A stretch of 64,000 nucleotides of DNA from assembly GCA_963737635.1 (NCBI GenBank), contig CAVTTL010000001.1:1600001-1664000 (forward strand). Direction: 5' to 3'. The position numbers were made by a program, and so were the translations under genes. The notes beneath the pieces are model-generated. The model saw nothing but the letters and a program-made list of their open reading frames with translations. It ran no database searches and was not told where the DNA came from. Below are positions 1 to 10,963 of this stretch, piece by piece (within the stretch, counting starts at the first letter, position 1; each line of letters begins with the position of its first letter). The stretch comes from an uncultured Methanoregulaceae archaeon. GTDB taxonomy: Archaea; Halobacteriota; Methanomicrobia; Methanomicrobiales; Methanospirillaceae.

Positions 1-1019
1 GAGAACCTACCATGCGGGACGACCTTGTCGCGCTCGTCAAAAAGGCAAAAGAAGTGGGATTCCCCCAGGTCCAGATCGCAACAAACGGCGTTAGACTAGC
101 AAATAACCTGACCCTTGCCCAAGAACTCAAGGACGCCGGTCTTTCGACAGTCTATCTCCACTTTGACGGTGTTACACCTGCAACCAATCCCTTTTTGAAG
201 ATTCACTTAAAAGCACTGGAAAACCTTGGCAAAGCCGGTCTTGGTGTGGTACTGGTGCCGACCATCATCAACGGCAGGAATAATAACGAAGTCGGCGAAA
301 TCCTGAAATTTGCCGCAGATCACATCTCGACGGTACGAGGCGTGAATTTCCAGCCGGTGGCATTTACCGGTGCAGCCAAGGATGAAGATATTGAAAAGGA
401 GCGCATTACGATCCCGGAGCTTCTTGAGGACATCGAGACACAGACCGGCGGCGTCCTGAAGAAGACCGATTTTTACCCGGTACCCTGTGTGCTTCCTTTT
501 TCGGATCTGGTTGAGGCTTACACCGGACGCCCTCAGGTGCGGTTCACCGCTCACCAGCACTGCGGTGCCGCGACCTATGTCTTTGTCACCAAGGAGGGTA
601 TGGTACCGGTGACCCGGATGGTAGATGTAGAGAGCCTCTTTGCGGCAATAGACCAGATGGCAAACAAACTCAAGAAGGGCGGGACTATCAACAAGTATGC
701 CACTCTTCTCGAAGGCGTAAAGGAGCTTCATGCCTCGTTCAAGAAAGGCGATAAGGGGAGCACGGCGGAGTTCTGGAAATTGATCGGAAAAACGCTTATC
801 AGCCAGAACTTCGACGCCTTACGGGAATTCCACTGGAACGCGCTTTTCATCGGAACAATGCATTTCATGGACAAGTATAATTACGATATTGAGCGTGTCC
901 AGAGGTGCTGCATTCATTACGCGACACCGGATGGCAGACTAATTCCGTTCTGTACCTACAACAGCGGTCCGGTCTACCGCGAGCAGGTCTGGAAAAAATA
1001 TGCAGAAGAGCACCAGTAA
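1..1019 (+). CDS. tes: Radical SAM protein, tetraether lipid synthase (Tes/MJ0619-like); 5' end lies outside the window
   Basis: Frame opens with EPTMR (end of GGEPT); has VQIATNG, YLHFDG, RGVNFQPV and the C-terminal RCCIHYATPDGRLIPFCTYN typical of this family. Confidence 0.75.
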   Translation, partial: EPTMRDDLVALVKKAKEVGFPQVQIATNGVRLANNLTLAQELKDAGLSTVYLHFDGVTPATNPFLKIHLKALENLGKAGLGVVLVPTIINGRNNNEVGEILKFAADHISTVRGVNFQPVAFTGAAKDEDIEKERITIPELLEDIETQTGGVLKKTDFYPVPCVLPFSDLVEAYTGRPQVRFTAHQHCGAATYVFVTKEGMVPVTRMVDVESLFAAIDQMANKLKKGGTINKYATLLEGVKELHASFKKGDKGSTAEFWKLIGKTLISQNFDALREFHWNALFIGTMHFMDKYNYDIERVQRCCIHYATPDGRLIPFCTYNSGPVYREQVWKKYAEEHQ

Positions 1020-1090
1020 TTTTTTTAAGGGTATTTTGACCTGCTGGGTCCGGGGCGGATCACTTCCGCCATCATAAAAGAATGCGATTC

Positions 1091-2025
1091 TCACAAAAAT
1101 GGCAATTCCATACCTGATGCCTGCCGCATCGCGATCGATGCAATTGCCAGATCCTGGATGGCAAGACCGGTCGAATCAAAGACTGTGATTTCGTCGGGGC
1201 TTTCGCGTTTTCGTTTGCCGATCACCACTTCCCCCAGGGTGCCGGCAATCATCCACGGCTGGTAGATTCCCTTGCTGATCGGGACATTTATCTCTCCCGA
1301 ATGGAACGCCTGCGCCGGGTCATCGACAAAAACCCGGGCCCGGTGCAGGATTGCTGGATCGAGTTCCTGTTTCCCGGGGGCATCGGCGCCAATGGCATTG
1401 ATATGGGTGCCCGGGTGAATCCATTCGCTTTTGACGATCGGGATCCGGGACGGCGTCGTGGTGACAAGAACATCACAGTCGCAGACGTTTTCGAGAGACT
1501 GGCTCTCTGCTGAAAGGGGGGTAAGACGTGCGGCAAATGCCTCGGCATGTGTCTGGTTCCGGTCCCATACCCGGACGCCTGAAATGGACACTTCGTGTGC
1601 GGTAGCCCGCACCTGCGCCTCTGCCTGCCGGCCGGTGCCGACAACCCCGAGCACGCACTCTTTTTTGGGTGCCAGATATTTTGCCGCAATTGCCCCGGCT
1701 GCCCCGGTCCGCATATCCGTCAGACGGGTCGCGTTAAGGATAGCCATGGGCATCCCGGTCGCCACATCAAGAATAATAGTGAGCGCCATTACCGTCGGAA
1801 GCCCGACTTTTGGGTTATCCGGGTGGACGTTGACGATCTTTACCCCAGCCATACCGAGCGAGGGAAGGTACCCGGCATTGTCCGGAAATCCCCGGCGGGC
1901 AGGGTAATATAGACTTTCGGCGGCATCTGCACAAGTCCTTTCCCGTGATCGGCAAATGCAGCTTCGATAACCCGGTTGACATCACCGATGTTGAGATCCC
2001 GATCCGGATCAGGGAAATATCGCAT
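1091..2025 (-). CDS. ala: Alanine dehydrogenase, ornithine cyclodeaminase/mu-crystallin family; frameshift near 1865
   Basis: N-terminal ORF (VQMPPKVY..GDFRTMP) joins the ORF with GVKIVNVHP, TDMRTGAAG, GTGRQA and FDSTGLAIQD. Confidence 0.8.
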
Positions 2026-2165
2026 ACAGGATTGATTTACCTGTTCGGATTTAGCGTTTTGCCCCGGAAGAGAAAGCCCGGAAAGGCATTTACTACGATG
2101 ATTTTAAAACGGCGGGGCAGATTCTTATTCGCCCGAGCACGTGAAATAAAAAAGCATTCGCCACT

Positions 2166-2447
2166 TCAGGCGTATTCCATTTCCTTGAGGGTTTTTTCTG
2201 CCAGATCTTTCATCCGTGCCGAAATCCGGGACGACGAGGTATAATCGATCTCTTTCATCGCGTTTGCGATCTCGTTACCGAGCACGAAGATGGCATATTT
2301 ATGCTCAAGTTTGCTCTTATGCATCTGGGACGGGGTAATCTTCAAGGCACCATACTGGGAAAACTTGAGATCAGGATTGGCCTCTTCAAAATAGTCCTTG
2401 ACCTCGTAAAGGATTTTATGCAGGCTGATAAGCTCCTCCTTGTGCAA
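2166..2447 (-). CDS. UPF0058 family protein
   Basis: HKEELISLH...HKSKLEHKYAIFVLG pattern; TTG start after a GGAG-type RBS. Confidence 0.7.
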   Translation of the reverse strand: MHKEELISLHKILYEVKDYFEEANPDLKFSQYGALKITPSQMHKSKLEHKYAIFVLGNEIANAMKEIDYTSSSRISARMKDLAEKTLKEMEYA

Positions 2448-2510
2448 AAGTACCACTCCAGAGTGTAACATGTGCACACCCTGCATAAATAAATTTGTGA
2501 GGCCTTACCT

Positions 2511-3740
2511 TTACGAGCTCATTTTCATTAATCGGATGTTTAACGGCCTTTTTATAATTCCTTTGAAATCTTTAGCGGCAACATATTCGAGCCCTTTCCA
2601 GACCAGCCGGTCGAGCAGTTTCTGGTCGACGGTACGATCGACAACGACACCGGCGGCTGGCTCGTCCAGCGTCTCCACCGCTTTTTCAATCTCTTCGGAC
2701 CGGATCTCCCGGATTACCCCCATGTCCTCATTCAGGAACCGGGCGACACTTTTGCCTTTTACGTCCTCCATATGATCGCGGATGGTAACCGGGGCTTTTA
2801 GCGTGCTCTCTTTTTGCTTCTTCTGTCCGGTCCCGCCCCTGCCCATATCGCCGCGCTCATCTGACCCTTGGCGTGATGGTCTGGCGAGATCTGCCGGAAG
2901 TTCAGCGGTATCCTCAAAATACTGATCGCGGACGTATTCGACCGGGACCTTGTTGCGCAGCGTTTTTATAACCTCTTTTTTGGTCATGTCCTCTACGCTC
3001 TTTCCCCGTGGGGAAAATGCAACGTAATCGATGTCTGCCACCTGGAGCAGTTCCCGGAGGATCAGTTCTCCCCCCCGGTCGCCATCGAAAAATGCGGTCG
3101 TGGTCTTCTTCTCCGTGAGCTCAACGATCGATTTGGGGATATTGGTACCTTCTACTGCTACGGCGTTCTTGATGCCGTACCTGAGAAGGTTAATGACATC
3201 CGCCCGGCCTTCGACAATGATGATTGCATCCGATTCAAGGACATTAGGGCCTGCCGGCATTTTCTCGTCACCAATCGTCCCGATCTTCTCGACCCGTATG
3301 GTCTGGCGGACATCGTCGAGCAGCTCATCGCTGTCAATGGTGCCGTCATCGAAGCGCTCGATGAGGATTTCCTTGGCACGCTCGACGATCTTCTTTCTCT
3401 TGCTGACCCGGATGTCCTCGACCATGTTCACGGTTACATGAGCCACACAGGGTCCTACGCGGTCGATAGTCTCAAGCGATGCTGCAAGAATAGCCGTCTC
3501 TGCCCGGTCAAGGGAGGTGGAGATCAGGATCTCTCCACTCGTCTCGCCTTTCTTGCTGGTTATCTGGACATCGATCCTGCCGACACGTCCCGTCCTCTGG
3601 AGATCCCGCAGGTCAAGGTCTTCGCCGAGTAACCCTTCAGTCTGCCCGAATATGGCACCGACTACGTCAGGTTTCTCGACCACCCCCTCTGCAGTGAGGC
3701 TGATGTGAATAAGGTACTTGGTAGTATCCGGTGAATACAC
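2511..3740 (-). CDS. dnaG: Archaeal DnaG-like primase (TOPRIM domain)
   Basis: [28 protein letters not shown] and DGDRGG motifs. Confidence 0.95.
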   Translation of the reverse strand: MYSPDTTKYLIHISLTAEGVVEKPDVVGAIFGQTEGLLGEDLDLRDLQRTGRVGRIDVQITSKKGETSGEILISTSLDRAETAILAASLETIDRVGPCVAHVTVNMVEDIRVSKRKKIVERAKEILIERFDDGTIDSDELLDDVRQTIRVEKIGTIGDEKMPAGPNVLESDAIIIVEGRADVINLLRYGIKNAVAVEGTNIPKSIVELTEKKTTTAFFDGDRGGELILRELLQVADIDYVAFSPRGKSVEDMTKKEVIKTLRNKVPVEYVRDQYFEDTAELPADLARPSRQGSDERGDMGRGGTGQKKQKESTLKAPVTIRDHMEDVKGKSVARFLNEDMGVIREIRSEEIEKAVETLDEPAAGVVVDRTVDQKLLDRLVWKGLEYVAAKDFKGIIKRPLNIRLMKMSS

Positions 3741-3900
3741 GTAAACGCACCCCCATGTATCATGCGATAGATGAAATGCCTGATCATAGGTATAACATAT
3801 ATATATTACGTGGAATTACTTAAAGTGTAGCTTCGGAGACTTCTGATAACCCTTTAAAAGACTGCCTGTCTTTCCCGGGCATCTGGCTTTACATCAGCGA

Positions 3901-4221
3901 TTATTTCCTGTCTTTTTCTGATAGAATTTGGATAAGCTGAGCCTTTGTGACACCCACGATCTTCACCCTTTTCTGGGAGGAGGTAAGCCCGGAGACCAGA
4001 GAAACCTCAGAGACCGGCAACCCTATTATCGAGCTGATGAGTTCAATAACCGCTTTATTTGCTTTCCCGTCTATGGCAGGGGCAGTGACGCGGCATCCGA
4101 TCGCTTTTCTCCATTCGTTATACCCGGCAGGAAAGAGATCGCGTTTTGCACCGGGGGAAACCTCGATGGAAAGAAGAGTACCGTTACGATCGTCGAGAAG
4201 TGCACCTGCCATCGTAGACAT
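3901..4221 (-). CDS. DUF167/YggU family protein
   Basis: VSPGAK..RVTAPAIDGKANKAVIE..LVSGLTSSQK. Confidence 0.85.
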   Translation of the reverse strand: MSTMAGALLDDRNGTLLSIEVSPGAKRDLFPAGYNEWRKAIGCRVTAPAIDGKANKAVIELISSIIGLPVSEVSLVSGLTSSQKRVKIVGVTKAQLIQILSEKDRK

Positions 4222-4241
4222 AATGCCTCTTTTTGTAAAGG

Positions 4242-4460
4242 AAGTGTCGCCCGGCTTAAACGCACACGGATCATGAGTGGCTGCTGCCGTTCTTCACCGG
4301 TGGATAAAACCCTCGGCCGGGCGATGCCTGTCGCGCACCCGGGTTGTCCCATGGATCATTTCCAGGCGCTTGCCAATCGATCACCCGGGGACCTATGGGC
4401 GCGCTGTATCGGCACCCTTTCTTATCTGTCGTTCAAGGGTCTTTAGCGTTTCGTGCGGGA
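4242..4460 (-). ncRNA. Putative archaeal box H/ACA pseudouridylation guide RNA with 2-3 hairpins
   Basis: Minus-strand tandem hairpins, each followed by ACA (4405-4407, 4329-4331, 4245-4247) and containing K-turn-like UGA(N)1-2GA / AUGA pairs. Confidence 0.65.
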
Positions 4461-4490
4461 CGGAGAACCTGTTCACTAATCCGGTGCCCC

Positions 4491-5753
4491 TCATGGGTGC
4501 GGAACATATCCTTTTCCGGCAAACCAGACCGGAGGCACCCGGGAAAATTCCCCGTCCTGGTACACAACAGTGCCACCCCGGATAACCGTTGTGGGGAAAA
4601 CCGCGCGGTATCCTTCAAACGGCGTCCAGCCGCACTTGCTGTGGAGCAGTTCCGGCTCCACGGTTACCTCATCATGTGGGTACAGCGCAAAATCCGCCCG
4701 GTCACCGGGCGCAAAACCTGACGGCGGAATACCGATGAGATTCGCCGGGGCGGTTGCGGTTTTATGGATCAGATCGGCGAGGGTGATCTTCTTGTCAAGA
4801 ACTTCGGCCATAAGCAGGGGGATCATGGTCTCTACCCCCGGAACTCCTGCGGGTGCCTGGGGGAACGGGAGTCCTTTTTCCGCCTTTGTGTGGGGCGCAT
4901 GATCGGATGCGATGATATCAATACGGTCCCAGTGCGTCCAGAGTTTTTTTCTTTCTCGCTCGCTCCTGACCGGGGGATTCACCTTGCACCGGGGATCATC
5001 GTCCCGGATCTTTTCGCGGGAGAGGAAGAGATGATGGGGCGTTACTTCTACGGTTCCTTGTACAGCCTCGAGAGCCGCGGCGGTGCTCATGTGACAGAAA
5101 TGAACCCGGCACCCGTCAGGATTACCTGCCTGTACGGCGATCACCGCCTCCCTTTCGCGGTCCGGTGACCGCAGGGCATCGTGAGCGGCAAGACCCGTGT
5201 CCTCTCCAGAGGTGATCCCTTCGGCATGAATCGTGGCAAGGCCCCCAAGAGCCCGGATGCACCCGAGTGCCCGGGAGAGTGCTGCGCTATCCAATGCCTC
5301 GCCGTAACTCGAAGGGGCACAAAAGATCTCGCCAAAAGCCATTGCCCCGCTCGCCCACATCGCTTCTATCGGCGTATCCGGGGTCACGCCACTGTTTATC
5401 GCGAAACTGCAGAGGGAATGCTCCTGTGCTTCACGGACCCGGGCCGAAAATGCGTCAGGAGTGGTGAGTGGCGGGACCGTGTTGGGTTGGTCAACGACGA
5501 CAGTCACCCCCCCGGCAAGAGCGCTTTTGCTCCCGGTCTTCCAGTCCTCTTTTGCCGACTGGCTCCTGCCTCTCATATGGACGTGAACATCGACGGCTGC
5601 AGGGAGGACAAAAAGGCCGGTGCAGTTTATTCTCAGGTCGGCCGGTGACCCTGTACCGGTATGGATGACGCGGCCGTCCCGGATCGTGATATCTGCACTG
5701 CGTCCTTCTGTGAGCTGGACATTTGCGAGAACGAGGTCAGGACGACGCTGCAT
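4491..5753 (-). CDS. pyrC: Dihydroorotase (amidohydrolase family)
   Basis: DVHVHMR, GGVT..DQPNT.PP, KVNPPVR and ASDHAPH motifs. Confidence 0.85.
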   Translation of the reverse strand: MQRRPDLVLANVQLTEGRSADITIRDGRVIHTGTGSPADLRINCTGLFVLPAAVDVHVHMRGRSQSAKEDWKTGSKSALAGGVTVVVDQPNTVPPLTTPDAFSARVREAQEHSLCSFAINSGVTPDTPIEAMWASGAMAFGEIFCAPSSYGEALDSAALSRALGCIRALGGLATIHAEGITSGEDTGLAAHDALRSPDREREAVIAVQAGNPDGCRVHFCHMSTAAALEAVQGTVEVTPHHLFLSREKIRDDDPRCKVNPPVRSERERKKLWTHWDRIDIIASDHAPHTKAEKGLPFPQAPAGVPGVETMIPLLMAEVLDKKITLADLIHKTATAPANLIGIPPSGFAPGDRADFALYPHDEVTVEPELLHSKCGWTPFEGYRAVFPTTVIRGGTVVYQDGEFSRVPPVWFAGKGYVPHP

Positions 5754-5936
5754 GCAGATATGATCGGCACCGGATCATATAGTCATGCTGTTTTTTTGCG
5801 AAAGACCGGCTGGCACACCATTGTACATACAATGTTTTTTCTGCTGCGTCCGGGAATACTATTCTAGTGCGCTGGAAAAACAGGGACGCTCTGATATCGA
5901 AATGAGTGCAGTGGACTCAGCGCCACGGGGGAGATT

Positions 5937-6680
5937 ATGGATAAGATCATCAAAATCGCTCTGGGACTCTTCATCATCATTCTGGTATTATTCGTTGCCT
6001 TTGTTTCCTATTTCTCGTATGTGGACACGGCATACCGGAATTCGCTTACCGGGACCTATCAGTATACCTGTACCATTTCGACTGACGACCTGCTGTCAAA
6101 TGTAACCCTTTTCTTACCGGTTCCCGCAAATTCTGGTGGGAACTCACCGGTGGTTGCCCAGATCAGCAGCCAGGAGATTTCCGGGGTTCCTGCAGATTGG
6201 AACCTGACGCTGTATGGTACTGGTAAGGCGACGCTTCTGAAAGTTTCTGCCAGAAAGATCGGGCAGCCTGCCATCAACGGGAGCACACAGACGACCGTTA
6301 TCACGCTCGGCGTGAATGTGTCAGCACCCGCCTATATCGACACGGGTTCGCCGGTTGAACATGCGGCCATATTCCGCCCGGTCCAGGGGCTTCATGCGGT
6401 CTCCTGTCCATCCGGTGATATACAACCCGGTAGCACACCGGTATGTTACCAGTATACCACCAGCACTTATGCCGATTATACTGCTCCAGCTTCTGCAACC
6501 GTGAGCATCAGTGCGAGCATCTCCGGGACAAATGCATGGACGATCTTTAAACCGGAATCCAACGAGTACCAGAACCAGATCACTATGCTGACGCTGCATG
6601 GCGGCTACCATGGATGGGTGACTACTCTTGGCTGGATTGAATCCGGCATCGGCTCGTACGATATGCCCTCAGTATCATAA
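5937..6680 (+). CDS. Hypothetical membrane-anchored or secreted protein
   Basis: 247-aa ORF with an N-terminal hydrophobic helix; S/T-rich. Confidence 0.7.
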   Translation: MDKIIKIALGLFIIILVLFVAFVSYFSYVDTAYRNSLTGTYQYTCTISTDDLLSNVTLFLPVPANSGGNSPVVAQISSQEISGVPADWNLTLYGTGKATLLKVSARKIGQPAINGSTQTTVITLGVNVSAPAYIDTGSPVEHAAIFRPVQGLHAVSCPSGDIQPGSTPVCYQYTTSTYADYTAPASATVSISASISGTNAWTIFKPESNEYQNQITMLTLHGGYHGWVTTLGWIESGIGSYDMPSVS

Positions 6681-6749
6681 TTTTTTCGCTACACCGGTAA
6701 TTCTTGAGACACGTCAATATGTTGTTTGAAAGGGGTATTTCTGATTCGC

Positions 6750-6992
6750 ATGGATAAAAATTCTGATTCTCGAACCGGTGGAAAACGCCGGGGCGATATA
6801 TCCCCCGGCTGCATTGTCGATATAATCCTCAAGGAAGACCAGCGTACAGGAAAAGTGACACGAGGTACCGTGAAGGATATCCTGACAAATTCCGCAGTAC
6901 ATCCCCACGGTATCAAGGTCCGGCTCCGGGACGGACGCGTAGGACGCGTTGCCCGCATCCTTGGCACTGAGTCATCAGGAGATGGGGAATAA
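6750..6992 (+). CDS. YwbE (DUF2196) family protein
   Basis: DIILKEDQRTGKVTRG.VKDILTNS..HPHGIKVRL..GRVGRV. Confidence 0.85.
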   Translation: MDKNSDSRTGGKRRGDISPGCIVDIILKEDQRTGKVTRGTVKDILTNSAVHPHGIKVRLRDGRVGRVARILGTESSGDGE

Positions 6993-7101
6993 GAACTGCC
7001 CATTGCAAAATATCGCGAAAACAGGGGCTATGCGAAGGATGAGAGCTTGCCGGTAGTTCCCGGCTTGAAAAGTATGAGGTAATGACGTTGCAGGAAAACG
7101 A

Positions 7102-10019
7102 ATGCGTACGCGATTAACGATTGCACTTATTGCACTCGTCGCGTTGGTGCTTGTCGCAGTACTGCCTCTCAAATTGTGGTGGGTAAATGCTTGATACGGT
7201 AACGTCGCGTTGGTGCTTGTCGCAGTACTGCCGGTATCGGCAACTTACTACGATATCAACAACACGATCAATCAGGGCGCAGTAGTGTATATTGGAGAAC
7301 AGCAACTGAATGTTACCAATGCCATGGGTCCGATATACACCCATGGTGATACCGCCATTGGCTGGTGGTCACCGGCCGCAGTCGTAGGCACTACGGCACC
7401 GACGGTCTCTATTCCGTTGAGTTCCATCACCAACAGTTCGTACTATATCTCCTCGGCTTCTTTTGGCGCCTATACTGGACCTTGGTACGGCGTTACTTCT
7501 ACTAGCGTAGGCGACACCGTTACTGGTGCAGTCTTCAACGTCCAGGATCCGAGCGTCAGTGTTGATGTATGGGATGAAACCACCGCAACCGCCGTAACCG
7601 GCGGCACTGCTATCCAGGGTGACAACCTTACCTTCCGTATCAACACGAACCTGCAGAGTGCACTCGACCCGACCAAGCGTAGTCAGGATGTTATTCCTGG
7701 CGCCGCCCAAATCGGTAACATAGATATCAAGGTACACAGTACCTACCGGAAACACGTATACTTCGCTGTTTAACACCACCTTAGCAAATGGAGCTTCAAA
7801 TACCGCGAGCATTACCTCGCAGAATGTGAGCTCAGCACTGTGGTTCTGGGGTACAGTTGGCGGAGCAGTTCCAGTTACCTCCGGCGCGGGCTTTAACATC
7901 AACTATGTATGGAATTCCGCCGCAACCGATTCAAGCGGTCAGCTGGCCTACCCAGCTGGTGTGTACACTGTTGTCGCCCAGTCCAGACTTAACGGGATGT
8001 ACGATAACTACCTGAACGGTGGCGCAACCTATACCGGTAAGACGGTAAGCCAGCCCGCAACAGTTACCCTATCGTCCAACACGGTCGCGATCTCGGCCAA
8101 CGTCAACTCCGTTGTCCGCAGCAAGGCGTTCTCAGTTACGATCACGGGCAAGCCCTATGGTATCTACCACCTGTGGATCAAGGGAACCAGCACCATGAAT
8201 GGTAACTACGACAACCAGCCGCCGTACATCACCGCGAACCAGGCAAACGTCGTATTTGACCCGATCAACACGACCAGCATTCCCGCGGCTAACAACCCGT
8301 ACAACCCGGTCGCCGACAACGGTGCCTACGTAACCCAGTACGGTGTCTCTATCTGGAACGACGTTGCCCACGGCAATGATATTGGATCATTCCAAAACCC
8401 AGCAACGGCCTCCGGTGTCGACGCAACTGCAATCGGCAACGGTACGTTTGAATACGCCAACGTGTCTCTCGACCAGACCGGTACGAGAACGGTTCAGTGG
8501 TCGACGACCAACTGGACAAAGGCTCAGCAGTACACCATCCGTGTCGAGCAGGACTTCGGAACCTCCGCGAACCACAACTACAAGTATGATGAGGTTAACG
8601 TGCAGGTCCAGAAGGGTGCAGTCACTATCGTTGCCGCCGGCTCACAGAGCTACTACCTCGGCGAAGAGGTACAGTTCTCCGGTACCAACACCGAATCCCA
8701 GACCACCTACCTGTTCATCGTTGGTCCCAACCTGGCCACCAATGGTGCCCAAATCGGGATGAACGCTCCAGCACAGTATCCAGTTACCAACAACAATCCA
8801 GGCACGTTCCAGCAGGTTAACGTCCTCGGTGACAACACCTGGTCATGGGAGTGGGGTACCAGTAACGTCGCTCTCGACGCAGGTACCTATACTGTCTATG
8901 CTGTCAGCGAACCCAACGATGCGAATAACTTAGCTAATGTGGCATACGGCACGGTCTCGATCATCCTTAAGGCACCGTTCGTCAGCGCAACCGCTTCCCC
9001 GTCCACTATCGCCCAGGGTGACGACTTATACATTACCGGCACAGCAGAAGGGAATCCATCGCAGGGCGTCCAGGTCTGGATCTTCGGTAAAAACTTTGCA
9101 TCGGTCAACCGGCAGTCCGTGGCATCAGATGGATCGTTCTCGTACGAAATAGAAGGAGCAGTCACTTCGGACCTGAGCTAACGGCCAGTACTTCGTCGTC
9201 GTCCAGCACCCCATGGAGAACGGTGTGTTCGATGTTCAGGCAGTTCCGCCACCGCAGAACGCAGACACCGGCCAGACCTCGGTTGTCTACACCGACAACC
9301 CCATCAGCCCGGGACAATTCCCGAGCGCAGACTCTGACGGTGATATGGAACTGCACAACTGTACCACAGACTTCGCCCTTTTCGGTCCTGGCGCCCTGCA
9401 GGGACCCAACGCTGCACAGGCACTGGTACAGGCGCTCAGTAGCGCGAATGTTGACGATACCTACACCACGCTCCCGTTCCGGGTAGAGACGCCGTACATC
9501 ACCATCAACCCGATCGGCGACCACCGGGTTGGCGACACGTTCACCATCACCGGCGAGACAAACCTTGCGGTAGATGACAACGTCCTCTTTACGATCTATT
9601 CATCGTCATTCGTGCCGACCGACACGAACAAGACCGAGGATGACGAATTCAGCGGTGCATCCGGCACGGTGGCAGTTACCCCGGGTTCCCATAGACTGAA
9701 CCAGGTCTCGTTCGATGTCGATGCATCCACGTTCGAGCCGGACGAGTATCTCGTAACCGCCAAAGCAGTGGATGACCCCACCACAAACGGGACGGCACTG
9801 TTCAATATTCTCGAAGCAAACGCCACGGCTGCACCGATAACGTCCCCGGTACCATCTGTCCCGGCCGGCACCGATCCGGTCGCTGCACTGCCTGGTACGA
9901 TGGTGCCAGTCACCACGGCCATCCCTTCCCCGACACAGCCGGGGTTTGGCGGGGTTGTGGCGGTTGGTGCGATAGGGATCTGCGGTATGGTAGGTGTGGA
10001 CCGGAAGAAAAGGATATAA
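7102..10019 (+). pseudogene. Large S-layer/surface glycoprotein (MEMAR_RS02690/DUF3821-like, PGF-CTERM); interrupted by an insertion with an in-frame TGA and two frameshifts
   Basis: Signal peptide from ATG 7102; NTINQGAVVYIGEQQLN; many N-x-S/T sequons; C-terminal TQPGF + TM + basic tail; split over ORFs at 7210, 7826 and 9213. Confidence 0.75.
7137..7232 (+). repeat. Perfect 30-bp direct repeat flanking a 36-bp unique insert
   Basis: cgtcgcgttggtgcttgtcgcagtactgcc at 7137-7166 and 7203-7232. Confidence 0.95.
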
Positions 10020-10159
10020 ATTTTCGGGAGTTAAGGTTCTCACTTTATGATGTTCAAGAGCCGGTTGAAGTTCAGACGGATTCCTTGCTACATACGTTCA
10101 ACAAGCCACCTCTATGACCGATAGACAGAGGTGCGTTATAAAAAAAAGGTCAGAAAAAA

Positions 10160-10373
10160 TCAGAAATCGTCTTCTTTCAGGTCTGCGACCACAATACAGT
10201 GATGGATCACCCCAACGGTGAGATCATCATGCAGCGGGGACCGCAAGATGCTCCGGGTTTCCTTCTTTTTTCATGATCACATGACTGCCGGTTTTGGTCT
10301 TTCTCAAGACGATCCAGCCCTTACGGCGGAGAACCTTGATCATCTCCAGCCCGGAGATTACGGGATGTTTCAT
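10160..10373 (-). CDS. hicA: HicA family toxin; frameshift near 10235
   Basis: MKHPVISGLEMIKVLRRKGW..GSHVIMKK..LAVP/LHDDL; overlaps the hicB stop as ATGA. Confidence 0.75.
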
Positions 10374-10582
10374 GCGACAACCTGAATCTCCTTAACGTGC
10401 TGGAGGGATTTTGCGGCCTCCTGGGTTCTGACTTCAAGGTATTCGGGGATCAGCTCTTTCATACTCTGGAGAGCCTCCTCCTCCGTGTTCCCCTGAGCCA
10501 TGCAGCCCGGCATCCCCGGGACAAAGACGGAGAACCTCCCATCGTCTTCCCGGACTACCTGCACCGTGATTTTCATTACCAT
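10370..10582 (-). CDS. hicB: HicB family antitoxin
   Basis: EDDGRFSVFVPGMPGCMAQGNTEEEAL. Confidence 0.85.
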   Translation of the reverse strand: MVMKITVQVVREDDGRFSVFVPGMPGCMAQGNTEEEALQSMKELIPEYLEVRTQEAAKSLQHVKEIQVVA

Positions 10583-10683
10583 GCGTTTACACCTGCCTGT
10601 TTATCTGTTTTATGCAAAGGGATCTCCGCCAGCCGCTTCCCACGGCAGCGGGAACGCAGAGCACGACACCCCGGACGACTCAG

Positions 10684-10765
10684 GCCGGGATTTAGCGGGG
10701 TTGTGGCGGTTGGTGCGATAGGGATCTGCAGTATGGTAGGTGTGGACCGGAAGAGGGGGCAGTAA
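10684..10765 (+). repeat. Duplicated 3' end (PGF-CTERM) of the S-layer gene
   Basis: 10684-10754 is nearly identical to 9938-10008. Confidence 0.9.
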
Positions 10766-10963
10766 TTTTTCAGACTTGGGGGTCTCGGCAGTTATACGAA
10801 CCGGATGATGTCCCGGAACCAGAAAGCCCAACCGGGTTTTCGAATGTTATTTTGCGTTTACCGTTGATCACCCATTCTTGTTGATTATATTAAATCAACC
10901 GCCGCCGCAAACGGATCCCTATGTGGCAAAATAATTTATATTACTATAGCCTTTTTAAAAAAC

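Noticed and set aside
4242-4490. SRP RNA or RNase P RNA
   Set aside because: Lacks the SRP helix-8 motif and the RNase P GAGGAAAGUCC-type conserved regions; H/ACA features fit better.
7192-7194. Selenocysteine read-through of the TGA in the S-layer gene
   Set aside because: It lies within the inserted 36 bp of a signal peptide, and FwdB here uses Cys, so there is no sign of Sec usage.
7137-7232. Bona fide CRISPR array
   Set aside because: Only two repeats, the repeat is host coding sequence, and no leader or cas genes are present; kept only as a possible ectopic integration.
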